From the NCBI GenBank assembly GCA_037447605.1, contig CM074817.1:1984001-2048000 (forward strand): a stretch of DNA of 64,000 bases, in the 5' to 3' direction. Below are positions 50,106 through 63,200 of the stretch, one piece after another. The notes beneath the pieces were generated by a model, which was not told where the DNA came from, ran no database searches, and was given only the letters and a program-made list of their open reading frames with translations. The translations under genes and the position numbers were made by a program. How positions within the stretch are numbered: position 1 is the stretch's first letter; each line of letters starts with the position of its first letter. The stretch is from Zygnema circumcarinatum SAG 698-1b. Taxonomy: Eukaryota; Plantae; Zygnematophyceae.

Positions 50106-50556
50106 ATTCTCACGACCCACGGCAATTCAGTTCAACCGAGCCGCTTTTCCATGCAGATTCGCTGTTGCAGTTACACACGCCGTTCCAGCACCCGCTCTCT
50201 CCGTTTCACCGCCCCCGCCTCTGGCCCACCGCCTCCCACCGAACCCCTCCCCCTCCTGAACCCTCCGCTGGCCGCATGCCTGCCGTCGATTGGCCCCATC
50301 CGACGGTCAGATGGCGCCCGCCGCCGTCGCCAATAGGAAGTCGCTCCGATTGGCCCGCGCCCACAACCGTACGACAACTCCTCCGTACGCCCTCCACTTG
50401 GTAGAAAAGACCGCCAGAGACAAACCAGGTTTTTGGTTCCCAACCGTGGAATATATCCCAAGGTTTTCGGGTACAAATGGGGTACAAGCACAGCGTGTAG
50501 ATTTATATTGTAGGGGCTCCACATTGGCTTTCCCAGAAGCTTGGAGCTTGGCGGCC

Positions 50557-53390
50557 ATGGCGGCGGGCCCTGGAGGAGGCGCCGTGGGCAGCCATGCCTG
50601 CCACGACGCAGACGCAGACGCAATGAGTGGGAGAGAGAGCGTAGCTGTGGCTGCCGGGGGCCTGAAACTAAGGATTGTGTTGCCGAGGAAGGAGAAGGAG
50701 CCGGAGAGAGGAGGGGCAGGAGGAGCAGGAGGAGGAGAGGGTAGAGAATTTAGGGTTTCGGAGGGAGGTGGAGGGAGAGGGAAAGGGAGGAGGGAAGGTG
50801 GGGGGAAGGGGGAGGGAGGAGGGAGAGGGAGGGGAGGAGGCGGAGGGAGAGGGAAGGAAAAGGCGAGAGGAGACGGAGCGAGCAAAAAGTCTCCGGCAGC
50901 GGTGAGTTGTTGTAGAGAATTGAAAGCTTCTTGCTGTAGACTGGTGCTTGCTTGCTTCAGGTGCACTTGATGTTGCAATTGACTCTCACTCACTCCCACT
51001 CCCACTCCCTCTGCCTCTTCTTTTCGCTCTGCTCACCCACACTTCCTCCGCCTGTCACTATTTTTCCTCCTTCCTTGTCGACATGGCCCTCTCACCTCTC
51101 TATAAACCCATCTTCCGCCATCCTTCCCTCTGGCTTCGTTCCCTCCCTCTTTGCACTCTCTCCCTCTCTCCTCTCTCTCCGCCCCTCTCCATCTACTCCT
51201 TCCAAGCTGCCTCACTAATTCACACCCCTTCCTCGTTCTCCCTCAGTTAACGAGTTCATTTCAAAGCTGAATCGAATTCTAGTTTGGGCCTTGTCTCTTT
51301 CTCTTTTCCTACTTTGCGTAGTTAAATTTCATCATAGCAAAGCCAATGCGTATTTTTTTATGACAAATTAACATTTTTTAGAGCTTATGTTGGCAACGAA
51401 ATAACGTGTATCTGTGTTGCTCAAGCTTCCAGAAATTTTGACGGATTTTGTCGCATGGAACGGCCGTTGCAGGTGCCTGTGATAGAGGACCGAAGGCGCA
51501 TGGAAGATGCAGTTGAGAAGGCAAAGCGGCTGCTGGCAGCCTCTCGGGTGCGACCTGGAATGCAAAATTGAGCTCTGAATTGATGCTGATGCTGCGTTTG
51601 CCTCTCTCATTCTTCATCTCTTCCTTTTCCTCTCTTCTCCCCGCTTTTGTTGCCTCTGTTTCTTTGTTACCATATCCCTCCCCCCTCCCCCTCCCTCCAC
51701 CCCCCACTCCGCACACATCACTTTGGTCCCACGCTTCTGATTGCAGGAGAGCGCTGAAGCACAATTTACACAACGATCCAACTCTTCTCCCCCAGCACGG
51801 ACTTCAGACTTCAAGCGGCCCTCAATTCGCCGAACTCCCTCAAAAGCAGTGCAGGGAGCATCACCAAACAAGGCAGGCGATGTTATGAATTCAAAAGTAA
51901 CGAGTACACACGAAGAAATGCAGGCAGAAAATGGGGAACTTGGAGGTGGGGAGCAGCTTGTGAGGGGTCGGGTAAAGGCACCAGGGAAGGCGTATCCCTT
52001 CAGAAGGGGAACAAAGTGGAGGGATATGGATTCTGATGTAGCAATGGTAGATGCGTTGGAGGTGCAACGGCCGGCGGAACGATCGAACGGTCCAGAGGGA
52101 AGGGGAGAGAGATGGGAGGAGGGAGAGGTCGGCAAAGAGGAGCATGTTGAGATGGCAGTAGCTTTGCAGGTTAAGCCGTCTCACGGCTCGAGAGCCGGAA
52201 CTGTTGTTGAGGGTGCTGAGAGTTTGGGGGAGGGAGGAGATGGAAACGAGGGGAATTGCAGAGAGATTAAGGATGATGCTGGGTGTGAGAGAGGGGGATA
52301 TGGTCAGAGGGATGGCGAAGAGAACGAATTGAAACGGATGGAGAATGAAGGGGAAACTTTGTTCGGGTCAGAAGGGAGCAGCAAACCCCTAGGTTATCAA
52401 GAACCTTCACAAAGAGAGGGAGGTAAAGCAGAAAAACGAAGACGGGAGGAGGAGAATGAAGAAAGTGAGGGCGGTAAGGAGGTGGAAAAAATTGAAGATG
52501 GGAGGCGGGAGTGGAAAAGGCGTCGGAGAGGAGAGAGAGAGAAGCAGGAACCTGCACTTGGATCGGGACCACCAGATGTCAGCGTTTTTGTGGGAGACTT
52601 GGATCCTGCAACCAGCAAGCTGGAATTGGCGGATGCATTTTCGCAGTATGGGCAGGTAGCTAAAGCGGTAGTGATTGATGGTCAATGCTATGGATTCGTT
52701 ACATTCACTTGTAAGGAGGAGATGGAGGCAGCCATGGCTGCTGCAGACACAGGGGTGGAGATCATCGTTAGGGGGAAGAAGGTCAGAATTCTTCTATTTC
52801 CTTCCGAGACTTGTGCAATGGCTATTTTTTGGGCTTCATACGTCAGTATTTTATTCGTTGCTTTCTCAATCGTCAGTTTCTTAACATTTGCGAGTTTTTC
52901 AAACATTTCTGGTTTCCTAACGTTTATAATCGTTTAACAATTTCCATTTCTTCACAACGTTAGTTTCTCAACAGCGGTTAGTCTTAACAAGAGTAGTTTC
53001 TTCACAATTTACGCGGTTTACTATCGATGGCTTCGTATAGTAGTATCTGGCAAGTATCTGAACAATGTACAGGCTCTAGAAATTGAAGTGTTGTGAATTG
53101 AACTGTTGTGAATTGAATGGTTGCGAGTGCAGGTCCGAGTAGCGTACGCTCGCGGGCAGTTGCCGGACTGGCAGAAGGGAATGGGAGGCTTCTTCGTTCA
53201 AGGGGCGAGGAGGCGGAAGGCGGGCAAGCTGCACTTCGCCTCCGCAGCGGAGAAGACCCGCGCAGCCGCACTGGCAGCGGCAGCCACAGCCAATCAGCTG
53301 CTGGCAGGGAGGAGCGGGCAGCTCCCCCTCTTTAGTGCCACCCCCCAAACCATTGGGAGGCGAGTAGTAGCCTATGACGACCTTTTTTGA
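50557..53390 (+). CDS. RRM-domain RNA-binding protein with long disordered N-terminus, 4 exons
   Basis: Exons ~50557-50901, 51471-51545, 51746-52782 and 53133-53390. It has RNP2 VFVGDL, RNP1 CYGFVTF and VRVAYA, and ends RRVVAYDDLF*. Confidence 0.8.
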
Positions 53391-54109
53391 TGCGTCGGTC
53401 GCTTGCCCCCCTTCTCGCTCTACCACTCTCTCTCGCCCTTTATTCTTTTGTTAACTTTTCTTTTTAGATTTTTTTTTGGCATTTTAAGGCTCTACAGATT
53501 GCAACCATGTCTTGAGAAATGGCAGATAACAGTGGGTCGGATGACGCACTTTTTCTTACAAGTGACTGTGACTGTCGTAGGTGACACATTGTCACGGTAC
53601 AGATCGTTCTTTCACAATAGTTTTTCACTGGAACTCAGCACTTCGTGTTTCAATCTGAAAGATTCTAAGTCGATTTTTTGTGCTTTCAGTTCCAGTCCAA
53701 TGATTTTAGTTGACATCGTGTCCTGAACCCATACAAGCTGAACTCGTCTTGCAGTAAGCTCTCCCTCGAAAACATGAGAGCAAATGGATCGTAGGAACTC
53801 TAAAAGCACTCAAAACGAGTACTGCGCTGTCAGGCATAATGTACACCTCGCTTGCTGCACCACAACATTCCTACCAACACCATCTTGACTTGCCCCCTAT
53901 TCTGGACGACTTTTTTAAGAATTCCCTCAAATGACGGAAACACAATGTACCTCCAATTGTACAATTTACACTAACACCACTCCTACGCCTTCCACTGACA
54001 ACACATCGACCTGTGAAGGTTAAGACTCTTCGCCTCACCAAAAGCGGCTCGTCTAATAGATGAACCTGAAAGCAAACAGCCATCCAAAACCCCATAGTCG
54101 TCCGTTCTG

Positions 54110-57100
54110 TCAAGTAACACTCCCATAGCTGGAGCGAGGAGCCCCTACAGAGACGGTTGAAGTGTTGGGGTAGCCTTCCCCTTCGTCGCGGCTGGAGGGG
54201 AAGTATTCGAGGACCACCCCACTTGCCTGAACAGCCAAACTGCGCTTCCATGAGAACGGAACACCAACAAGAGAGATTCTAACAGTGTGGCCATGCACGA
54301 GAACCCTATAACCTAAAGCCGAATGGTCTACGGGTTAAAGTCTAGACCTTCAAGTTGGAAATTTAACACCAGACGAACTTCTCAAAGGAATGAAGCATTT
54401 GAAGTATGAGTTGATGAAGAGCATGTGAGGGTGAAGTGGAGTTTAGGGTTTTCTGACCATTTCAAGGCATCCGCTGAGCGCCATTATTCCGGGGAGCGCC
54501 TCCAGGCCCCTCTGCAGAGGGAACCATTCGTCCAGAAAAAATATATTAACAATTTTTTAGGCATCTCACATTTGAGTGGTTTCAGATGTTTTCTGAATAA
54601 AGCATGAATAAAGCTAAAAATAAGAGGAGGAGCAGAGGAGACAGCTCTCTCACTGGATCTCACTTGAAAGTTTTGAAGCGAGGAGAGAGAGGAAGTGGGA
54701 GAACGGGAGTGGGACAGGAGGGGGGAAGGGAGAGAGAGGGAGGGGGAGGGGGAGGGGGAGGGNNNNNNNNNNGAGGGGGAGGGGGAGGGGGAGGTAGAGA
54801 GAAAAGAATAATACCTTCTCTTTTGTGGTTGTTTGATATACGAAACCGATGCAGCATGTGAGGCTGCTCATCACCATAAACCTGCAAAGCCCTCTCAAAC
54901 TCTTCCGAATTAGAATTCTCTCTGCCCACACTAAACAACATACATTCCCTTCATGGGCATCAAGACGCGGAGAGAATTTGCACAAATGACAAACCGACTC
55001 ATAAAAGTTAACCGCTTTTTCTGCCCTGCTACAGCTCAAATATGCCGAATAAAACAATCATTGATTGGAATAGAGTCAACTCCATTAGGAGTGTTCTGTC
55101 CGGCCATACATTTTGTGCTCTTTCCATTGACCGTTTTTCTTGCCTCGCATGCAACTCTCTGAGGTATCCAAGGGCCAAGGTGGGATTAGCTTGAGGCAGC
55201 TTACATGCAGGAAATAGCTCCAAAAAATGCCCAGCCAGGTGATGCTTTTGCAGGCGGATTTTGCCTCTCCGCTACCCTCCAAAAACACTCCCCCAAGTAA
55301 AAATTTGGACAAGGAAACCTTGACACACCACCTACGCATAGAACTGGGTGAGAGAACACCAAAATATCGAACTCTTGAAATGGAGACAAGACAGCTTGCT
55401 TGGACATCGACTGTTCCTAACACTCACTGCATTGCTTTCCCAAAAAGAAGGTGACTGGGGAGTAGCCCTCCACAGGAATGGTGATGTTGACAAGGAACGG
55501 AGTGGCAGCAGCGATATCACCTGCAACCACACGTGCCGCCCTCCTTAAGAACGGCTACGTGAGTGGTGTTGCAAAGTGATGCTAGAGCGGGAGAGGGAGA
55601 GGGAGAGGGAGAGGGAGAGAGGGAGAGGAGAGAGGGAGAGGGAGAGGGAGAGGAGAGGAGAGGGAGAGGGAGAGGAGAGGAGAGGAGAGGGAGAGGGAGA
55701 GGAGAGGAGAGGGAGAGGAGAGGAGAGGAGAGGGAGAGGGAGAGGGAGAGGGAGAGGAGAGGAGAGGAGAGGGAGAGGGAGAGGAGAGGGAGAGGGAGAG
55801 GGAGAGGAGAGGGAGAGGGAGAGGGAGAGGGAGAGGAGAGGGAGAGGGAGAGGAGAGGAGGAGGGAGAGGGAGAGGGAGAGGAGAGGGAGAGGGAGAGGG
55901 AGAGGGAGAGGGAGAGGGAGAGGGAGAGGGAGAGGGAGAGGGAGAGAGGAGTTGGGCACATAAGCGAGCAGGACAAGCAGAAGAAGAATGTGGAGATGGA
56001 GTGAATAAGAGAGGATGAAAGGAGAGAGAAAGGACGAAAGGAGAAGACTCACATCTCCAATGGACCTGGAGAACAGCTGGCGACTCTGTAGTGGCTACAA
56101 CTCCCTCCAATTGGGAACCGCTAAGGACCACTTCCAGCCCTACAGGAGGTGCCACCTGGCACGCATACGGCAATGCTTGAAGGCTCAGAAAAGGGATGAG
56201 GAGAACAAACACAAGTAGCAATATCCACGCGACTAAAAAAAAAAAAAAAAAAACAATAAAAAGAATGTTAAAGCACCTAGGAGAATCTGACGCAGATTCC
56301 TTGAAAAGCACAGGAATAATTCCACGTCCAAAGAGAGGTAGAAAGTGATTCTTAAACTGCTCGAGTGGCCTCACCGAGTAGAGGGCATTGCGGAGATTGG
56401 ATGTGAGAGCAGAGGGAGCTGAGAGGTAGAGAACAGCCTCCGTCTGCTCAGTGGAGTAGCTGGAGAAGGGCCGAGCAGCCAAAGAGAGAGATGAAAAGAG
56501 CACACAACAATGACAAGGAGGGCATAAGAACGGGAGTATTTGGGGGTTTTTAGGTTTTTTTGGGGTTTTCAGGGTTTTAATCTGCCTCTATTTCGAGCCA
56601 ATTGGAGTGCAACATTACAACATTCAAACACGTTGCTGAGCCATCTGAGATCATTCCACAAGGAAAGCAACTTAGTCTGACTGTTTACATTCATCCGGTT
56701 TTGTGAACCCTAAAAACCCTAAAAACCCTAAAACCCTAAAAACCTAGAAACCCTAAAAACCCTAAAAACCCTAAAAACCCCTCCCATCCGCGCACCTGTG
56801 ATCGGAGTGCTGAGCGCCCTCATAGCCCCACTGAGGGAGTCCGTCGAACACCTGCACAGCCCATCACTCACTCAGATGGGATTTTCTCACGGCGCAAGAG
56901 CATCATCCTTAGCTTGTTCTGACTGAAATTTGTCACCTACATATGTTTCTCGTAATGACGGGGGAAGAGGGAGGGAGGGGAGACGAGAGAGGGAGAGAGG
57001 GAAAGAGGGGAAAAGAGTCAAAGGGAGTGAAGTAGAGAGAGAGAAAGAGGAGGGGAGGAAGAGAGAGGGAGGAAGGGGAAAGGGAGGGAGGGGGGAGGAG

Positions 57101-57215
57101 GAGGTGGAGGTAGAGGGAGGGGGAGGTAGGAGGAAGAGAGAGCGAGGGTGAGAGGGAGAGAGGGAGAGAGAGGGGTGGCAGGGGGAAGAGGAGGAAAGGG
57201 AGGGAAGATGGCACA

Positions 57216-57270
<55 letters not shown>

Positions 57271-59881
57271 CAGGCTCACGAATTCGTGCGAGCGCGGGCC
57301 CAAGCCCACAGTGAGTCCGCGGAGCACTCGCCCTTTGGGGGCGCCGCACTCCAATGCCACTTCAGCTATCAACCTGCGCTCAAGGTTCTAAAATTGAAGG
57401 AATGTTTCCAAAATAACATGGAAAAAACCCATGAAGCTAGTCCAACAAAACAAGTCTCCTGCGCACTGGTGACACGTGTGGGTGTTCACATGGTGTGAAC
57501 GATTCCTCCTAGTAGTGGGCAAGTACGTCAGGCTATAGGAGATGGGGACCATGCACTATCCATAACCTCAGAATGTCTATCAAGATCTGGATAAAGCATT
57601 CATATTGAGTAAACCCACAGATGAGGGAGGTTTTCAGGTGAAGTTCAGCACCCACGAGCAGTTCCTTGTGGAGAGGTCTCGTCTCACTCTGCACAAGCAG
57701 CTCTCCTCCTGCGGGTCTGAACACGTTTCAATATAAAAACAGTGTGTTAGGGCACCTCAAAAGGGGAGAGAATAAGGTTTGCGTTGCACAGTAGATATGC
57801 ATGTGTGTACATTTGTATTCATACATGCAAAATAATAGCAACGATTCTATGTTTCAATAGTTTGGAAACTTTTTTGAAACAAACCTTGACAGGCTGAACC
57901 TTCGGGACAGGCACCGCATGTTACGAGGACCTGCAACGGCACATGTGTAACTGAAATCAGTAGAACTGACCTTCACATTCAACTAAACAGGAGCTTTGTG
58001 CTAATACATCCATCTCACAGCACTTGGACTGGACGAACATCAGTACACAACATTATGGAAGAACTTATTCCCTATTGCACCCTATAGAAACTGCTTGGGA
58101 ATGAGATGATTTGGGGATTATAATGTCTCAGAGAGTAGGGTTGTGGAGATTCTTCACTTGATGCAGCTGATTGAAGTACTGCCCTTTTCTGATCTGACTT
58201 ATGAATGATTCACAGCTCACGTCTACAGTATTGATTTCGAGTCAGTTGAGCACAGCTCACTTCAAATCAGTTGAGTTGAGTTCAAGCTCACCTTTGTTGT
58301 ACGGCCGCCAAGGCCTTCAAAGCCCACGTTCTCACATTCGTGCAGGTCTCCGAAAAGATAGAACTGCTCCCCCCAAAGCGGTTTGAATGACAGTGGATCA
58401 GAGCGATCGACCAAGAGGCAATGCACATACAATTGCATCTGAATCCAAATGCAGTATAGAGAGCACCATGAAGTGCTATCAGCTCCAACAGGTATGTTCC
58501 CATACACAAATCTGTAGATACTTCGCCTGATCTTTAAGTGCGGACTATTACAGCCATAATTTAATTAAGGCTCTCCTACATCATCCCTTTCCACACCAGA
58601 GTGGGGCAGTCTTCCTCCCTCACCTGCTGAAATTTGTACTGAGAATCCGGGGAGATGGAAAAGGGTGAGTTGGAGTCAAATCGCCCGAAGCTCACTGCGC
58701 CATTCTGCAACCCACAAGATGTAAGCAAACGAGCGAGACAGACAGAGACACACACAGGGAGAGAGGGGGAGAGAGAAAGAGAGAGAGAGGGGGTGGGGAG
58801 GGGGAAGCAACGACATGGACAACCCCTCGAATACCTTTTGAACACAGTGTGACAAAATAGCACTAAGCTTTCCAGCAGAGCCATGTTCTCACCTCAATCA
58901 GGGTAGCAACTTCACAGAATTGCAGATGCAACTCCGCTTCCTCCCCCTAAAATAATCCCGTCCGCCCCCAACAAAAATATAGTCCAAATTTTTTGTATCT
59001 TCAGTTTTCCAATTGAAATAGAACGGAATTAGTTAGTAAGACTGTCGGAACCTTAGAAAGGAAGAGCACACACTTCTTATCAGGAGTAGAACTCACCTCC
59101 AAATTTCGCCTTAGTGTTTTTCCTGCCCATTTTGTCTGGCGAAACAGAAGTTCAAAACAGTCAAGGGTTCCAACAGAGCACGAGATAATAATAGAACAAC
59201 TAGCGCTGCTATAGCGCTCTTAGCTAGGCAAGGAACGAGTAAGCCTTTCGAGATGAAGTGTTAGAACAGACACTTCAGCTGATGGCGTCAATCCACAAAA
59301 TCAAATGAATAAACGTGAATTACTTAAAACTCAGAATTAAAAATGATACAAAGTCGTAGAGATAGTTTTCCTCGTCCAGCGAAAAGCAGCCGCTTAATGG
59401 AGCACTTATTGCTGCACTTTTTGGAGGACCAAAAAGAAGTACAAGAGTTATGGCTGCGCACAGAAACCCACGAAATGCAAGAAGAAAAAAGAGATGAGAA
59501 GATGAGACGAGAAGATAATGCGTTAGGGAATTCATGTTCCTCACTCTTTTTAAGTTTTAATGCATCGAGATATGAAACAAGCCACCGTTCACTGCAACCT
59601 GACGCAAAAAATTGAACACATTCGTGTCCGAAAACCTTGCGAAAAACAAATTACATGTAATTCCTGCAACTTCAATGGGCTTCCATACTTAATCTGCACC
59701 ACCCCCTTGAACGATGATGCACGATTCTGACGCAAGGAGACAACAGCAAAGGAAAGCATAAAAACCTTAAAAAGACAAACACACATTCCCCGCACTAAAC
59801 TTAGTTACCTGCAAAGAGGCGCAGCAATGCCAGCGAGGCAGGTCCCTTCCAACTCCCCGCGGGCGGCAAGCTCGAAGCCAT
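54110..59881 (-). CDS. At4g36440-like type I single-pass membrane protein (family annotated 'G-protein coupled receptor' but with only one TM)
   Basis: About 14 short exons join in phase: CFSLDEENYLYDF, LQFCE, VSFGRFD, GDLHEC, GRTTKVLVTCG, GLTVGLGPRSHE, YSTEQTE, VNITIPVEGYSPVTFFLGKQC, GWAFFGAISC, CCIGFVY, RGLEALPG and YGSVT*. These match the recalled Arabidopsis At4g36440 sequence. Confidence 0.85.
55580..55950. repeat. (GAGAGG/GAGAG)n polypurine tract in an intron
   Basis: Read directly from the sequence. Confidence 0.93.
56706..56780 (-). repeat. Intronic telomere-like (CCCTAAAAA)n array, about 8 units
   Basis: Read directly; mostly 9-bp units with one 8-bp unit and one variant unit. Confidence 0.85.
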
Positions 59882-60265
59882 GGCGCCCTCGCAACGGCCA
59901 GCGACCAAAGCAGAGGGCTTCTCTATGGCTCCGTTCTCATGTCACCTCAGTCCTGTTGCCGTTAAAATCCGTATTACGCTATTTCCAGCAACAGCTTCTT
60001 TTCCGTTAACAGTTTTGGATGCAGAAATATTCAGCCGTCCGATTCGTATTATCTTTAGCCCTACGGCTCCATGCCAGTAGAATAAACCTGTTGCTGTGAA
60101 TGTTACAGTTACTGTTCGGCGGTCGCATGGAACTTACTGGAAAGCTGTGGAACTGCGACCCTAACTGTGCATGGAGCATGGAACGTGCTCTTTTGAGCAT
60201 TGGATAGGAAGGCTCCCTTGCAGCGCAAACCCTAAAAGGTGGTCTGAGCGCGAGAGCTCTCCGCC

Positions 60266-63200
60266 ATGGCGGGCGGTGCCTCTCCCTGTTGGCGGGTTGA
60301 GCTGCGCGAGCGCGTTCTCCATGGCCTACCTTTTCCTCCGGCGCTCCCCCAGAGGTGGGACGTTGAAGCAGGGAGCAGGCGAGCAGGAAACTCCGGCAGC
60401 CATGGCGGAACTCCCTATCCACTCGCTCCTCGTTCTCCCTTCTCTCCCGTCTCTCTGGCCTCTCTCTCCCGCAGCCCCTCCCTCGCTTCGGGAAGCTCAG
60501 CCGTATGCATTCAGTCGAGGGCACGGCATGCGGGAGGGAAAAGGGAATCTTCTAAGAACGCACTGGAGCTCCCTTTTCTTTCTCATGGAGGGTCGTCGAG
60601 GGGTTCGGAGGTTTTTGAATTTAGGAAAGGATCAAAATGTGGTGGAGGTGGAAGGCAGACGAGCTGGGCGGTCTTGGCAGCGGTGGATGCCGCAAACCTT
60701 CAGACTCTGAAAGTTTTGGATCCTGTCCGGGAGGGAGAGCATATAGGGAATGCAAGTTTCTCGTTGCCCGGACCACAGGAAAGCGCTTTGTATCGCTTGC
60801 GGAGTTTCCGACAAAAGTATTTCCCAGCGGAGGATGCAGGAGAATCGATGGCCGCCGCTTCATGGCTTCCTGAAAAGAGAGTCAAGAAATCTGCGGCTGT
60901 GCAGAACCTAGAAAGAGTGATTTTGGAGTCGGAAACGGGAGAAAATTTGGCGGAAAGTTTGGGGAAATATGACGGCCCTGATGGAGCTTTGAGTCCCGAA
61001 GTTGCGTCGTTGGTAGTGATTAGTTTGTGTCGGTCTGAGCGCCATCAATTGGCTCTTCAAGCGTTGGAATGCCTTGAGGTATGTGATTATAAGTTCTTCC
61101 TTAAATTCAAACACCAACACTTCCTTTGGAGAAACCAATCGTTGCATTATCAAGAACTTGATGGTGGGGATCCCGCGCCTATCTGGATGCATTGCATAAC
61201 CTAACCAGATCCACTTCAAAATTTCTGTAGTGAGATCTTTGAGAAATGCTTTTGGCGTTTTTCGCTGCAGATGATCTCCTTTTTACTGTGTTCATTAAGT
61301 TGTGTTCATGTCTCTTCCTTAGAGACTGAGATCGCTCCTCCCTTGCTCTTCCTCCTCTCACTTCCTCTGCCTCACCCCCCTCCTCTCTCCTCCGCCTCTC
61401 CCGCCTTGTATCTCCTCATTCCCTATCTCCTCTCGTCTCTTCCTCTTTCCCAGTCTCTCGTCCCTCGCTCCGTGGAGAGAAATGAGTTTCCTCATCGTCT
61501 TGCTCTTTGCAGGCGAGGGGCCACAAGTTCAGCCGCCATGCATACAATTCCCTCATCGCTGCATTCGCAAGGAACGGCCCGTTCCATGTTGCTGGGCAGC
61601 TGTTCCAGCAGCTTTCCAGCAAGGGCATAGAACCTTCTCTCCATTCGTACACAGCGGCTATTCAGGGCTGTTCTCGCACAGGGTGGTGGGAAGAAGCTCT
61701 CAGACTTTTTCGGGATATGGACCGAGCAGGCATCAAGAAGGACGTGATAGCATATAACCACGTGTTATTGGCGTGTGGAAGGTGAGAGCTCCCAAATAGA
61801 GCAGGTTCCGCAATGGGGTCTTTCATGCATTCATGTTTGCTTCAAGACCTTTAGAGGCGTTGCAGGGCCTAGAGTACGTGTTGGTGATAATGTAGCTTTT
61901 AGACTGAGCTTGACTGGTTGGGTTGTTCGGGTAGAAAGCTGTTAATGTCTGAAATTGATCCACCTTGTAGAAACCATGAGGGTTGGAAGACTTCATGTCA
62001 TCTAGTGATGTATCGTCTACATGTAGGGCTTTGGAATCTGCTCGTTCAAGTAGGTAGTTTATAAGAAAGTGACAGGTGGCAGCTGTTGGGGGGATGCCGC
62101 TATCCACAGGGCGGAACGAGTGACGGAAGTGATGGACCTATGGGGCTCCATGCGGGAAGAAGGCTGTGCCCCAAATCAGGGGACCTACCACCTTCTGCTC
62201 TCTACCTTTGTAAAGGCGAAACGATGTGACTTAGCTCTCGAAGTGTACTATGAGCTTCTCACAAACAATTTAACACCTAGCACAGAAATCTTCAAGGGCC
62301 TCATTTCCGTTGCCTGCAACTGCAACAGGTGGCCATTAGCGTTAGATTTCTATGGGGAAATGGTGGCGACGGGATTTATGCCCAGGAACGTTCTTGTGTA
62401 CAATACATTAATTGCCGCGTTAGGACAGATCGGCAGGTGGGATACAGCTTCTCGGATTTTTGGCCATATGAGAGTAGCAGGAGTGGTAGCAGACCAGTTC
62501 ACATGGAGTGGAATGCTTACTGCCTTTGCGAGGGCAGGAGAGTTTAAGAAGGCTATGGAGTTCCATGAAGAGATGATCAAGGGGGGGATGCGACCCAATG
62601 TTCAAGTCTGCAATGCTTCTCTGCTCGCGTGTCAAGGGAGAGGAAAGTGGCAGGTGGCGCTGCAGCTGCTGTGGGAGATGGAGAGAGGAGGAGTTCGACC
62701 GAATGTTGTGAGCTACAGTACAGTAATCAAAACATGTGAAGTTGCAGGTGGGTTGTTGGAGTTTTGTACTATGCAATCACTGGTGATTCCATGGCACATT
62801 TCACTGCTTTAATATAAGGTTGAACTTTTCTCCGTTCCGTCAAAGGTTAACTCAATCTGTCTTCCTCCAGACACTGGAAACAGATCCGCTTACAAGTTTT
62901 CCATCATCCTTACACTATGAAATCCATCGTGATCAAGCTGACTCTGATGTTGGAAGCTGGCCAAAAAAACATCCACTTCAGAATCTAACAATCTGAAAAC
63001 CCCGTTTGGAAATGCTTGGCATGCAGGCGTCCCAAAAGTGGCGATGAAGGTCTATGAGCGCATGCAGCGTGTGGGATGTCGCCCAAATGCCTTCACCTTT
63101 GGAGCCCTCATTGCAGCACACGGGCTTTCCAAGGATTGGAGAGCTGCAATAAGCCTCCTGCAGGTGAAATTGTCATCCTTTTTAGGATTTGAAGGTTTTA

